Assembly: GCA_964016885.1 (NCBI GenBank)
Contig: OZ024742.1
Coordinates: 123,566,001 to 123,630,000 of the forward strand
Direction: 5' to 3'
DNA from: Eledone cirrhosa
Taxonomy: Eukaryota
DNA: 64,000 nucleotides
Shown in pieces: positions 40,105 through 51,779 of the stretch. The position numbers and the translations under genes are program-made. The number at the start of each line of letters is the position of its first letter. Position 1 is the first letter of the stretch. The notes beneath the pieces were generated by a model. The model saw nothing but the letters and a program-made list of their open reading frames with translations. It was not told the DNA's origin and did no database searches.

Positions 40105-40568
40105 ATATTGTTATACTTTGGGAGGGTCATGTTGCCAATAAGAAACACACGTACCAGTTGCTTTCACTTCAATTTATTATAATACATTTATAAATTTAGG
40201 AATTTATAAATTTCCGGTTGGTTGGTTGGTTCCACAACCAGATGATTGTTTATATATTGTCAAAGTTTTTCGTCACACATTATGTGACCTCTTCAGTGAC
40301 TGTGGATTCTTTTCTTTGTTTTTGTGCCGCTCCTTTGTTCTGTCCTACGCCATCAAAACAAGATGGCGTAGGACAGAACAAAGGAGAGGCACAAATGTGT
40401 GACGAAAAACTTTGACAATATATAAACAATCATCTGGTTGTGGAACCAACCAACCAACGTAAATTTATAAATTCCTAAATTTTTAAATTTATTATAATAA
40501 ATTGAAGTGAAACGTCTGGTGCGTGTGTTTCTTATTGGCAACATGACCCTCCCAAACCATAACAATAT
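40105..40568. repeat. Long palindrome (inverted pLTR-like duplication)
   Basis: Perfect 25-bp inner stem 40330-40354/40362-40386 with loop aaaacaa; outer arms ~40105-40285 and ~40390-40568. Confidence 0.9.
40259..40300 (-). ncRNA. Minimal type I hammerhead motif (slightly degenerate)
   Basis: Minus strand: GUCA-CUGAAGA-G-GUCACA(UAAUG)UGUGAC-GAAA-AAC-UU-UGAC. Confidence 0.6.
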
Positions 40569-40620
40569 CGGTTTCAACACACATTTTCAGATAAAGAATC
40601 TTACTAAACAAATTCAGAAA

Positions 40621-40671
<51 letters not shown>

Positions 40672-40748
40672 ATATATATTATGAAGAGAGAAGAAACATT
40701 TAGATATAATTAGTAATAAAATGTATCATACCTAAACTGCTCCTAGAT

Positions 40749-40838
40749 TCCTCGACTACGTAGTTTCGTGGCATAAACAAAAACAATACATCATAAATAT
40801 ATAGAGTCCTTGCGAGGTCTGCCGACTTATCAAGAGGA
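40749..40838 (-). ncRNA. Type I hammerhead, U3:A8 core variant (downstream repeat on the minus strand)
   Basis: Minus strand: UCCUC-UUGAUAA-GU(C)GGCA[46 nt]UGCCAC-GAAA-CUACGUAG-UC-GAGGA. Confidence 0.75.
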
Positions 40839-41340
40839 TACCTCATTTTACTAGTCTCAAGAACGCGTCTACACGACGTGAGAAAGAATCCCAAAAGGCG
40901 GAGGGGGAGATAGTCACGCGATATAACGGTCGAGAAACAGAGCTAAGCCTCTTATAACCCCGAAGAAAATACCACGGAGGTGGAGGGGTATTTATATCGA
41001 AGCCGTAGAAGAGGTGGTGAAGGGGGAGAGAAGTATGAGTAATGGAAGCTTTCCAGCAGTCCCCACACTTCAAAGATTGCTCGACCAGAGGGAGTTATTA
41101 ACAATATATTTAGAAACACACAGATACATGCGGGGACACACATATACATGAATGCATCCGCACCCAACCGTGAGTTAAGGGTGCCAACTTCACCGATGTT
41201 GCTCAATGAATGACTGGGACAGACCAATCCGGTTGAACTAGACTGAACCAGTATCAGAGTTAAAAATACATTATGAAGAGAGAAGAAACATTTAGATATA
41301 ATTAGTAATAGAATGTATCATACCTAAACTGCTCCTAGAT

Positions 41341-41430
41341 TCCTCGACTACGTAGTTTCGTGGCATAAACAAAAACAATACATCATAAAGATATAGAGTC
41401 CTTGCGAGATCTGCTGACTTATCAAGAGGA
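41341..41430 (-). ncRNA. Type I hammerhead, U3:A8 core variant (upstream repeat on the minus strand)
   Basis: Same motif as 40749-40838, offset 592 nt; stem II 5' strand GUCAGCA pairs slightly less well. Confidence 0.7.
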
Positions 41431-42297
41431 TACCTCATTTTACTAGTCTCAAGAACGCGTCTACACGACGTGAGAAAGAATCCCAAAAGGCAGAGGGGGA
41501 GATAGTCACGCGATATAACGGTCGAGAAACAGATCTAAGCCTCTTATAACCCCGAAGAAAATACCACGGAGGCGGAGGGGTATTTATATATAAGAGCCCA
41601 CTTGTATAAGTATCTGTTGATCTTATACAAGCTGCGATACTTGCTTCCCAAATTGCGACTGGGCTTTCTAACGTGCCACTAAGCAAATGTTATTCAATTA
41701 TAGAATAAATTATTTGTATATGTAGTTATACTTTCAGTATATCGGGGATAAATGTAAATTTGTGTCCCCATGCGCCTGAATACATGAGTCCACTTGTCCA
41801 TTTGATGGTTGTAATAGTATATGTAGTACTATGCGCCATCACATTTTCTTATAACCCCCACCCCCATCCCCTCTCACTTTCTCTCTCTTTACCTATATGT
41901 ATAATACATACAGTATATTACTGTACGAATATGTGTATAATTATACGTATGCAATAGAGCAATGTACGATAATCGATCTATAATTATAAAGTTAAGTTCA
42001 ATTCTTCAGTTTCCGATGAAGAATGGGGTGAAAACATATATTTTGTTTTTAGTAATTACACAAATATGATTTCGTGATGAAAATGGAAATGAAACAGTTA
42101 TGGTTCAATATTGTAATTGTTTTTCTGCAACGAGAGGAAGTAAAGAAAAACATTTAAGAATTTTGAATACAATCTTGTCGCTAGAATAGTGATAGTTTCC
42201 TGAGAATTTCACATTGATGATGATTGATCATCAGCTCTTCAGATTTATTTCCACGAAGTGAAAGATCAATCACATATTTGCACACTGTTGATATTGT

Positions 42298-42415
42298 TTC
42301 TTCTTCTTCTTCTTCTTCTTCTTCTTCTTCTTCTTCTTCTTCTTCTTCTTCTTCTTCTTCTTCTTCTTCTTCTTTTTCTTCTTCTTCTCCTTCTCCTTCT
42401 TCTTCTTCTTCTTCT
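42298..42415. repeat. (TTC)n microsatellite
   Basis: Directly visible. Confidence 0.95.
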
Positions 42416-42798
42416 TAAATTTTTGTTTCGTTAGGAAGGTGTGATATTAGATCGTGAAAAATATTTGTTATTCATCTGCATTATATCAGAGTAAACACAT
42501 GCACGCATTTATTATTCACAACTTTTACATGTAAGAAAATTTAAAATAACCTGCTTCTTTCTTTATGAATTGGTATTTATTTCAAAAATAAGAAAAAGAA
42601 AAATTGTGAAAGGTGGTTATATTCATTATAATAGTAGAAATGTCTATTGATTTATTTATAATTCATTTATCTTGATCGTCCATCTCGAATTGGGAGAGCT
42701 TAGAACCTTACTGTTTTAGATTAACTGGAAAGGTTTGAAAATAAATCTATAACTTTAAAGCTTATTCTTCCATAAACGCCGGAAGCATGGACAAATAT

Positions 42799-42862
<64 letters not shown>
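42799..42862. repeat. (CTA)n microsatellite
   Basis: Directly visible. Confidence 0.95.
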
Positions 42863-42863
<1 letters not shown>

Positions 42864-43078
42864 GATCTGCATATTAGCAGATCCACTGATAAGCCAAATT
42901 TGCATATCAGCACACAGGCCAGTCAGTTTCATGTATACAAGCGATTAATGGCTAACTATTTGTTAGTTACTTGAATATGGCAAAGCCGGCCATGGATCGC
43001 TCGTATACATGAAACTGACTGGCCTATCTGTTGATATGCAAATCTGGCTGATTAGTGGATCCGCTAATATGTAGATCT
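42863..43078. repeat. Imperfect ~90-bp-arm hairpin/inverted repeat upstream of a hammerhead
   Basis: agatctgcatattagcagatccact...aggccagtcagtttcatgtatac pairs with gtatacatgaaactgactggcct...agtggatccgctaatatgtagatct. Confidence 0.85.
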
Positions 43079-43187
43079 GACTTATCAGCCAGTCTACTAA
43101 TATGCAAATGAAGCCGATCAGTCACTGTATATTTTAGAAAATATCATATATTTTCACTTGGTCTGACATTTGGCAGGTGAACAGTGA

Positions 43188-43234
43188 ACTGCTCTGATGA
43201 AGGGTAATCACCCGGAAACATTAGTGTCTGCAGT
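43188..43234 (+). ncRNA. Type I hammerhead ribozyme
   Basis: ACUGC-U-CUGAUGA-A-GGGU(AAUC)ACCC-G-GAAA-CA(UUAG)UG-UC-U-GCAGU; GUC cleavage triplet. Confidence 0.8.
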
Positions 43235-43397
43235 CTATTTACATGCCCACATAAGAACAAGAATGAGGGGCTCATTCTACTGACATGGCTTAAAAGATGT
43301 CTGTTTCCATAATTGGAAACGAATCAGATATTATTTTCAATATTCGAAAAACTCGTTACATTCATTGTATTCAGCCATGTAGAGTGATAACCTTTTG

Positions 43398-43447
<50 letters not shown>

Positions 43448-43451
<4 letters not shown>

Positions 43452-43635
43452 TGTTTCTACTTTAAGCACAAGGCCAGCAATTACCCAGTGCATTACTGGT
43501 ACTTTATTTTATCGACCCCGTAAGGATGAAAGGCAAAGTCAACCTCGGCGGGATTTGAACTCAGACCGTAAAGGGACATAACTATGCTGGAAAGCATGGC
43601 GTCCGACCCTCTACCGATACTGCCAATCCACCGTC
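43448..43635 (-). mobile_element. SINE family A
   Basis: Reverse complement near-identical to 9979-10162; inserted in (TA)n. Confidence 0.92.
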
Positions 43636-43749
43636 CTTATATATATATAATATTGCTTTCAAAACATTTCTGACCACATGGGTGTAGTGAAAGATATATC
43701 AACATAGAGATCCTGGCTACAATATATTAGATTAAATCAGATTAAATCT

Positions 43750-44265
43750 CTGTCCAAATGCCAAGACGAGAGATGTAATTCACTGAGATGTATTTCCACA
43801 TGTGAAAAAGCCAAACTCTCTATCTTCAAATTTCTGTTCGTGTCAACCCTTGCCTATGGTCATGAAACTTGTGTAATGAACGTGAAAATACGGTCACGAA
43901 TGCAAGCGGCCGAAATGGGGTCTCTACTTCGGTTTTGGGATTAAGTTTACTCGAGAAGTGCGTAGTTGAAGATGTGAATGCTGCTCCAGCTAGAACCGCT
44001 ACTCCCCCGAATTGTGAGATAACAGCTCCGATATTACTGGCATGTGGTCAGAATATATCAGGGAAAAAATCGTTGGTCAAATCTTACGGGCAATATCAGC
44101 CGACAGGTGACCAAGGTGTAGACCCGGAGCAAGATGGTTGGATAACATCCATGAGTGTAACAGGTCTTGTTTGAGGATCCAGTCGGAATAATTGGAATCG
44201 GTTACAAATGGAACTATGACCCTCTCGGGAATAAATGGGTGACGAAGAAGATGATGGTGATGAAT
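43750..44265 (+). pseudogene. RTE-clade LINE 3' fragment
   Basis: acccttgcctatggtcatgaaact...cgaatgcaagcggccgaaatgggg encodes TLAYGHET...RMQAAEMG, homologous to 24480-24880; (GAT)n-like tail. Confidence 0.75.
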
Positions 44266-45410
44266 TTATATTATGACTTTTATATTTGTTTTATTGTCTC
44301 AGATATTGTTCTAAAACGTTCCCCTATTACAGCAGCACTGTTCTATGACGCTAGTGTAGTACTTGTTCGACCTTGATCCTCTTAGAACTAAGAAATACAT
44401 GAATACATTCTGTAATTTACAATAAATAAATACTAGATTTAGAAAGATGTGATAATATGGTTTATAAATTTTGTTTACATATAATCTTTTTAGAGTCCTG
44501 TAGTTTGTAACAAAGAAACTGGGAACGTAAGATGTTCAACTCTGTGAGGATTATAAATTATATATATATAAAATATATTTAACATATTTATTTTTTTATT
44601 ACATGTACACATCGTTTTTTCATCGTGGTTTTCCGAAGATTTGAATATTTTGTCACTCTGATTTAAAGGTTACCGAACATGACTACTTCATTAAAGCATT
44701 CTACTAGGATAAAATTACTTTTGATGTGATATCTCACTGGCAAACAACATTTGTCGCGTATTATTTTTGTATTTATTCATTATATTTTTTTAGTGAAACA
44801 CAAATATTAATATTCTCAACTAATGCCTCCACATACTTTCATACACATAAGCACACAAATACACATAAATACGCACGGACACACACAAAAGAATAATGTA
44901 AATTTCTAAGAAACTAGACTAATATGTTTTTTCTAGAATATGTTACATTGTGATGTTCAGCTCTAAAAAATACTTCTTAATATATGAATTAAAAACTAGA
45001 AGGATCTTGACAAACATTTAGAATCAAGATCAATATTGGTAACAAGCTGCGTAAAATTTCAGAAAATTTGTTGCTTATTATATTCATTTATTTCTATTTT
45101 AAAATAACCATTTTCTGTTATGAACATGGCGCCAAACACCTATTCGGAATCTTTACAACCAAGACTGTTATCTATTTAGCATTACTTTATGAACTGTGTG
45201 ATAACATTTCACATTCCTTGGTTTATTAAAAACTAAGTTATCTATGTATCGATTTTTGAAAAATCATGATTTTTACTGTTGCTTAGAAATTATAACTTAT
45301 TCGTATTTTAGCTATTTAAAACTTGTTTACGTAATTATTTTACATAATTATCATTAATTGACAATATGGAAAATGTTATACTAATCTATTATCTGTAACA
45401 GCCATATATA

Positions 45411-45463
<53 letters not shown>

Positions 45464-46159
45464 ACGGCAACACTCATCTTTTTCCATTTCTCCGAGGGTT
45501 ATAAACCCCACTATCAGGCTAGAAATTTCTTTAGTCTAAAACACGGTGAAAGCTTATAATTTCTAATTTCTAATTTCAAACTCGCGCACCGTTTCAAAAA
45601 CATACTTACATGTTTACGTTTATAATTTGCTTGTATATATATATATATTTATATAATGGGTTAAATACATCCATGAGAATGTACATGCACAGATAAGAGG
45701 CATGGCGTTATTGTGTTAAATCCACATAGGAATTATATGGAGCTGTGTTCGTTACCACGTTTGAAAAGAGTTTCCTACAATGCATTCTAATTGAACCAAG
45801 CCTTGTGAATAGAATAGCCCGCACAGTTTGTCATATAAACTCTACCTGTAATTGAAATACCCAGGCTTATTAAATAACTTTACGATGAGGCTACTTAAAA
45901 ATTATGTTGAGAATACATACGTCTTAGGAATATTCAGTCAAAAATAAATAAACGAGCAGGTAGTTTCGTTAATCGAATAATTAGAATAACCACCATTACA
46001 CAATATAATTTGCTTTATTTTTTTTTGCGGTTAATTTTATAAAGTGAGTGTGAAAGTGTGGGTGAATTGTATGTATATATTACCCACCCACACGTATGTA
46101 GTTGACGGACGAGAGAAGAGAGTACTCAATACCGAAGATGTTATATATACATATATATG

Positions 46160-46210
<51 letters not shown>

Positions 46211-46220
46211 TTAGAGAGAG

Positions 46221-46363
46221 AGAAAACGAAAAATCAGTGATGCATCTGAACTCAATTTATTGTGTATTACAATTTTTTCCCCTCGCCTCGAGTTGTCCGC
46301 CGGGGAAACAATTGTAACACACAATAAATTGAGTTCAGAGACATCACTGATTTGTCGTTTTCT
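46221..46363. repeat. Short palindrome (~60-bp arms) containing a 3' half-hammerhead
   Basis: agaaaacgaaaaatcagtgatg...tttcccc pairs with ggggaaacaattgtaacacacaataaa...tcgttttct. Confidence 0.8.
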
Positions 46364-46439
46364 ATTCTATCATACTCTGCTCTGTAAGAGCATAGAGTAC
46401 TCAACTGGCATACCGCCTATGGAAGCATCTTAGCTACCA

Positions 46440-46549
<110 letters not shown>

Positions 46550-48169
46550 CCCCCCACACACATATATATAATTCTCCGAAAATAATATTCGACTGTTTTC
46601 ATTGTACTAAATTTAAACGTGAAGAATATATTTGTACGCTTTATAACAATTTATCCATGAAGAATTCAATTTCTTTTCTCAAAAAAATAAATTATATCTA
46701 ATATCAAATTAAAATAAAATAAATGATTTTTCCGAAATGTAAATCGTTAATGGCCTCTTAGTAAGCAGAACGTTATGTCCTTAGGCTACATTTTCTTGTG
46801 TATCAATTCTTCAGCCATGTACTTAAAGTGTTAATGTCAGTTATTATGTTCACAAGGAACTTTCCTTTCTTTCCTATTTTCTTCTTATACTCTGACTTAT
46901 TCCAATACTTCATCTATTCATATAGTTACACATACAGACATGCACACACACACACACACGTACGTACGTATGCACACACAGACACACACATATATATATA
47001 TATATATATTTATATATAAAAAAAACAATTGCTTGCTAATACAATTTTTTATTCATTCAAGATACTTTCTTCTTCGCGAGCAGTCGATTTTCTCCATTCT
47101 GCTCCTCCGTGTTCCTTCATTGAATGCCTCACATACGTAACAACGTCCTGGCTCTATATGTATATTTCCGTTGTCTGCTTCAGGTGTGCCAGGGAGACGC
47201 CATCAAAGAAATGTTCCAGGCCAGTCTTATTTATGTGAGTTACCTTGCTGGATTTTTCTACATGAAGGCATTATCGAATGTCTTTGCCTGCCCAGTACTT
47301 TCTGACTCTGTTTTCTTTTATTTTGAATCTGAATTCTCAACATCTTCTGCTAGCTTCTCCTCTCTCGCTCACACATGAATATATATATATATATATATCG
47401 GGAATTTTACCCACTCTATATATGTATATATATATTCAGCAAGTTACAGAGAAATTCATTTTATCTTTGCTTTAAGATTTAAATTCGTTCAGCCGGTTTG
47501 ATCGGATCTGTTATAAGTAGGTACTGTTAATGATTAGGGTAACGTTGTATGCTATGCCCTTTTGTAAATCTGCTTTAAATGAATGTTTTCTTTTATTCTC
47601 TCTCTGTTTTTGAGGATTGTGTTTGATACTGTTTCATTGATGATCTACTTTCTTTAAACACTTCATTTAAGGCTACTTTATTCATCGCATTTTTCTTTTC
47701 TTCCTCAGGCTAAGATTCATGTTTCTATTTTGCATTTGTGTTTGCATCCCGTTTTTATTTAGAAAATGATAAAATATATATGGTACCTGCTTTTAAATAT
47801 TGATTAATCAGTTGTTTAACTGTAAGTAAATTGTTTATTTCTGCATATTTTTCTCAAAATATTTTTCTTTTAAGATTCCAAATTCAGTTGCCAAAATATT
47901 TAATCATTTTGTTTCTCAGATATAACATTTTATCTATTCTCACTTTGCTGATAATAGTTTCGTTTGCTTGCATATTAATTTTGCTAATGTATAATGATTA
48001 ATTCAATAGTCACACGACATCAAATTAATAAAGTAGAGGAAGCGTTGTTCTGTGGTTGCTTATGTTTTTCACAAATGCATTAGCGTAGTAATTCAAATGA
48101 AAATCGAAGCTAGTTCGCCCCCACCAAATCTTCATAGATTACATGTTGATTACATCTTATATATAGTGA

Positions 48170-48290
48170 AGGAACATGGCTTAGTAGTTAAAGTATTGGA
48201 TTCGCAAACATGAGGTTACGATTTTGAAACCCGGACCGGGTGATGCATTATATCTTTAAGCATGATACTTTATTTCAAGTTGCTCTTTCT
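48170..48290 (+). mobile_element. SINE family B 5' part
   Basis: tggcttagtagttaaagtattgg (A box)...gaaacccggaccggg...gatactttatttcaagttgctc. Confidence 0.55.
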
Positions 48291-48387
48291 CACAGGAGTT
48301 GCCATTCTTTCTTTGGTCCGATCCGACGACCTTCACCCCACTCGGTAAGCGAATGATTCCTGGAATCATGTCGATCGATTCCCCCGA

Positions 48388-48431
<44 letters not shown>

Positions 48432-48634
48432 TAAGGTACACGGACTTTTTGAAACAAGCTTGTTATTGATGTGATGGTACTTCAATTAAATCCCTTTTGA
48501 AAATATATCCTTTTGAATATGCACAATCCGTATATAAGCACACACACACACACACACACATACACTTATCTGGAGGCATGCACGAACAAACACATGGGCA
48601 CACGTTTCTACATGACGCACAAGTCCACATATGT

Positions 48635-49490
48635 TCATGTAACTCTAGACCTAAAAAATAGCCAATACAAACCCTATCGAAAATTAAACGATTAGCTCTT
48701 CTACATAAATGCAGGATCTCGCCACACCCAATAGTGTTTAAGAATCTCCTTAAAAAAGTTAGCAGAAGAATCTCCAACCTCGGATCTAACAGAGACATTT
48801 TTGACACAGTGGCCTCCATCTGTAACGCAGCCCTAGAAACAAACAGATTCAAGGAGAGAGCCTGGAATAACCCTAAACCAGGAAAAATGGAAAAAACAGA
48901 TCCCGAACAAAATTCTGGTTCATGTCTCTCTTATCACTGAACCTCAGGACCATTATAGGGAGAACATTCCTAGCTCTAGTAAACAAACACTTTCCAAATA
49001 TCCACCCTTAAAATCCACTATAACCAATAAGCCACCACTACCCAACTGAGCTGGATTCTCACGTATGATCAGAAATGTATGCCTTCTAGATGAGACATAT
49101 AAGACAAAGACCATAGTCTACGAGGCAACATTGAAATCGTCAAACCCAATTCGTACCACCAATCTCAAGCCGTACATCAGTTATGGAACAACAGTTTAAA
49201 AAAATGTTACAAAGAGCATGATTCGTCATTCTGAGTAAAAGGTACATGACGATGCTCTTCAGTCATGTATTGGAAGCGGCGAGGGGACTATTCTGATTAC
49301 ATCAGCTGGAAGATAACAGAACAATGTAAACTCTACGTCAATTGTTCCAAAAGGTGCGGATTCTGCAACACCGAGAGATGACTTAAATAGAAAAATTCAC
49401 TGAACCCAACCAGAGAAACACATTATGTAATCCATGCCCACAAAGCACGAAATGTATGCCCGGATTTTGGACACCAAACATCCTAAACCG
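48635..49490 (+). pseudogene. Decayed Penelope-like element (RT C-terminus + GIY-YIG remnant)
   Basis: VTLDLKNSQYKPYRK...YINAGSRHTP...VSRRISNLGSNRDIF...CNAAL, then FWF...TIIGRTFLALVNKHFP, KTIVYEA and RCGFCNTE follow the PLE domain order. Confidence 0.75.
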
Positions 49491-49768
49491 ACCAGACACC
49501 ACGATAGCATGATCTGGAATCATCGCGCAACCATCCTAAATATTTAGAAACCGAATAACGAAATATTCCAGATAAACAAAGTATGTCAGCAAGTTTTACC
49601 AGTCCTTTACCGTATATGAAGAAAATATGTATGTATATGCATACACATACACAGGTGCATATTTGGGCGTGGGCGTGCGTGTAATAATGTACACATGTGC
49701 GTAGTTCTGTGCGCTTGAGTACATGCAGATATATGTATATATGTTTGAATGTATATATATATATACAT

Positions 49769-49857
<89 letters not shown>

Positions 49858-50169
49858 GGTGTGTGTGTGTGTGTCGGTACATATATAAGTGTGCTTGTGT
49901 ACGGATGTTGTTTGTAAGGATCTGTATGTATATATAAACATATCAAAAGAGACTCAACTGAATTTTCCCCGGTCTTGACACAGTTTCCAATGATTGACGA
50001 ACGAAGCAACAAACATCTGAGCTTGCTTCGGGAAGCTCCGATTACCTAGGATGGTATGTGCCAGTTTGCCATGTGTTTTATTGAGTAGTATATTTTCCTC
50101 TATGTTTATATGTTGAGCACTCTTTCTTTAGTGATTACAATACCAGATGCATTATCATTATTATTATTA

Positions 50170-50365
50170 GGGTGGGGGATTGGCCGTATCGGTAGAGGGT
50201 CGGACGCCATGCTTTGAAGCATATAGTTACCTCCCTTTATGATCTGAATTCAAATCCGGCCGAGGTTAACTTTGCCTTTCATCATTACAGGGTCGATAAA
50301 ATAAAGTACCAGTATTACACACGGATAATTGCTGGCAATTTGCCAAAAGTAGAAACAATTATTAT
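50170..50365 (+). mobile_element. SINE family A
   Basis: Matches the consensus; (ATT)n on both sides. Confidence 0.88.
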
Positions 50366-51737
50366 TATTAGCATCAGTTACACACATAATATAAATTCGC
50401 AAAAGAACTACTTCGTTTTTAAATGATTTTAAAATATCTGCACAAGCTAGAGAACTATTAAAATGTAAATTAGAATTAAACTATTTGAAACATGTGAAAT
50501 ATTATAGAATGCATTAGCTTTTAGTATTTATTATAGAAAGTGTATACCTATGTGTATATATACAATGGTCTGTCTATTTATTGTCGTTTTATATCCTAGT
50601 GAGGAAGTAGCTGTGCCAATGGCATTAACAGATTATTCGTGATCTGTGAGATTGATACGTTATTCTTTTTGGTTGATTAGGTGAAAAAACATGTAAGTTC
50701 TTTGAAAGATTAGTCGTAGGGGTTACGGAGTTGCTTGTAAGTTGGTTGGACACAATATAGGATATTCCAGTCCGGATTCCTTGTGTGGATTGAGTACGAA
50801 ACCAGTCAGCTGTGAGGTCACTGTAGTAATGGTAGAAAACAGAGAAAGGGAGGAGATAGAACATAGGTATACGTGTGGGTGGAATTATGAATCCCTTCAT
50901 GCCACTTCGCCAAATGGCTTTTCATTTGATATTATCTAGAATGTCTGTGTGTTTCGCTCTGTGTGAAATACATATGAAACCATAGGAATTAATAATCAAT
51001 GTATTTCTAATGATAATACTATTTTGATGTGTGCAAGGATTGCGTTATTTATCTATTTCTTTTTGCTGGGGATATGATTAATGAAGGATGCCTTCGAGGT
51101 CATGAGCTGTGTAGGTTTGATGTCATTGAAGTTTTGGTACAGAAACTTAGAAAGAAATGATAGGTGGTATTATCTGTGGGCATTTGGATGCAGGTCTTTG
51201 ATGTACATGAGACAATGTAGGAACAACAAACCGAATCTTGGAGCACACACGAATTAACAGATCGTGGGTCATATGTAGGTTCACTATCTCAAGGGGTTCC
51301 TGTCAATGGCAAACATGCTGTCACTAAATTTTCCGAGTGAGAAAGCCCATTGCTGAGTGATATAAGGGACTAGGGCTCCAGTACTTATTTTACTGATGAT
51401 ATACTAGTAGTCAATGAGAGCAAAATATTCAAATTGTTGAATTCGTTGTCCTTAACTGTTGCCACCAATTATCTATGCGACGTTAGACCCAAATATGATT
51501 GGACAGTAGTTGGCTTGATTTAAGAGTATGTTCATTATGGGAACGAGAGACACCTGTTTCTTAATTGAAGTGAAAAACCATATAATGTATTCAATGCAGG
51601 AAAACACTTATAATGGCCGATTTGAAATGATCTGTATACACCGCAGCTCCAGACTCGTCGGAAGGCAACTGTGAAGACCATTTCACATACAGTAATTATG
51701 TCACCCCCACCCCACCCCCACCCCCACCCCCCACCCC

Positions 51738-51779
<42 letters not shown>

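Larger units (their letters stand above)
40678..41589 (-). mobile_element. Retrozyme-like non-coding element: two ~320-bp direct repeats, each with a hammerhead; 592-bp period
   Basis: 40678-40997 and 41270-41589 are near-identical with a ~270-bp unique spacer and no credible ORF. The 3' end abuts (TA)n. Confidence 0.8.

Noticed and set aside
40971-40986. Alternative HHR fold using CCUC-CACCUCC-GUGG as the 5' half
   Set aside because: The stems fit but the 7-nt core does not resemble CUGANGA. The UUGAUAA register is preferred, although this pairing might be a competing conformation
40700-41686. Duplicated 64-83 aa minus-strand ORFs in the direct repeats
   Set aside because: No recognisable domain; duplicated only because the DNA is duplicated, and they overlap the ribozyme
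47146-47193. Minus-strand CUGAAGC...GAAA-UAUACAUA-UA motif with CCUGGC/GCCAGG flanks
   Set aside because: No stem II and an altered core; too degenerate to call
49989-50045. TTGACGA-A-CGAAGCAA...TTGCTTCG-G-GAAGCTC downstream of the decayed Penelope
   Set aside because: The position is suggestive of a dead pLTR HHR, but the core and stem I are both defective
50600-51250. Possible very old minus-strand retroelement coding remnant
   Set aside because: No convincing conserved motif could be read
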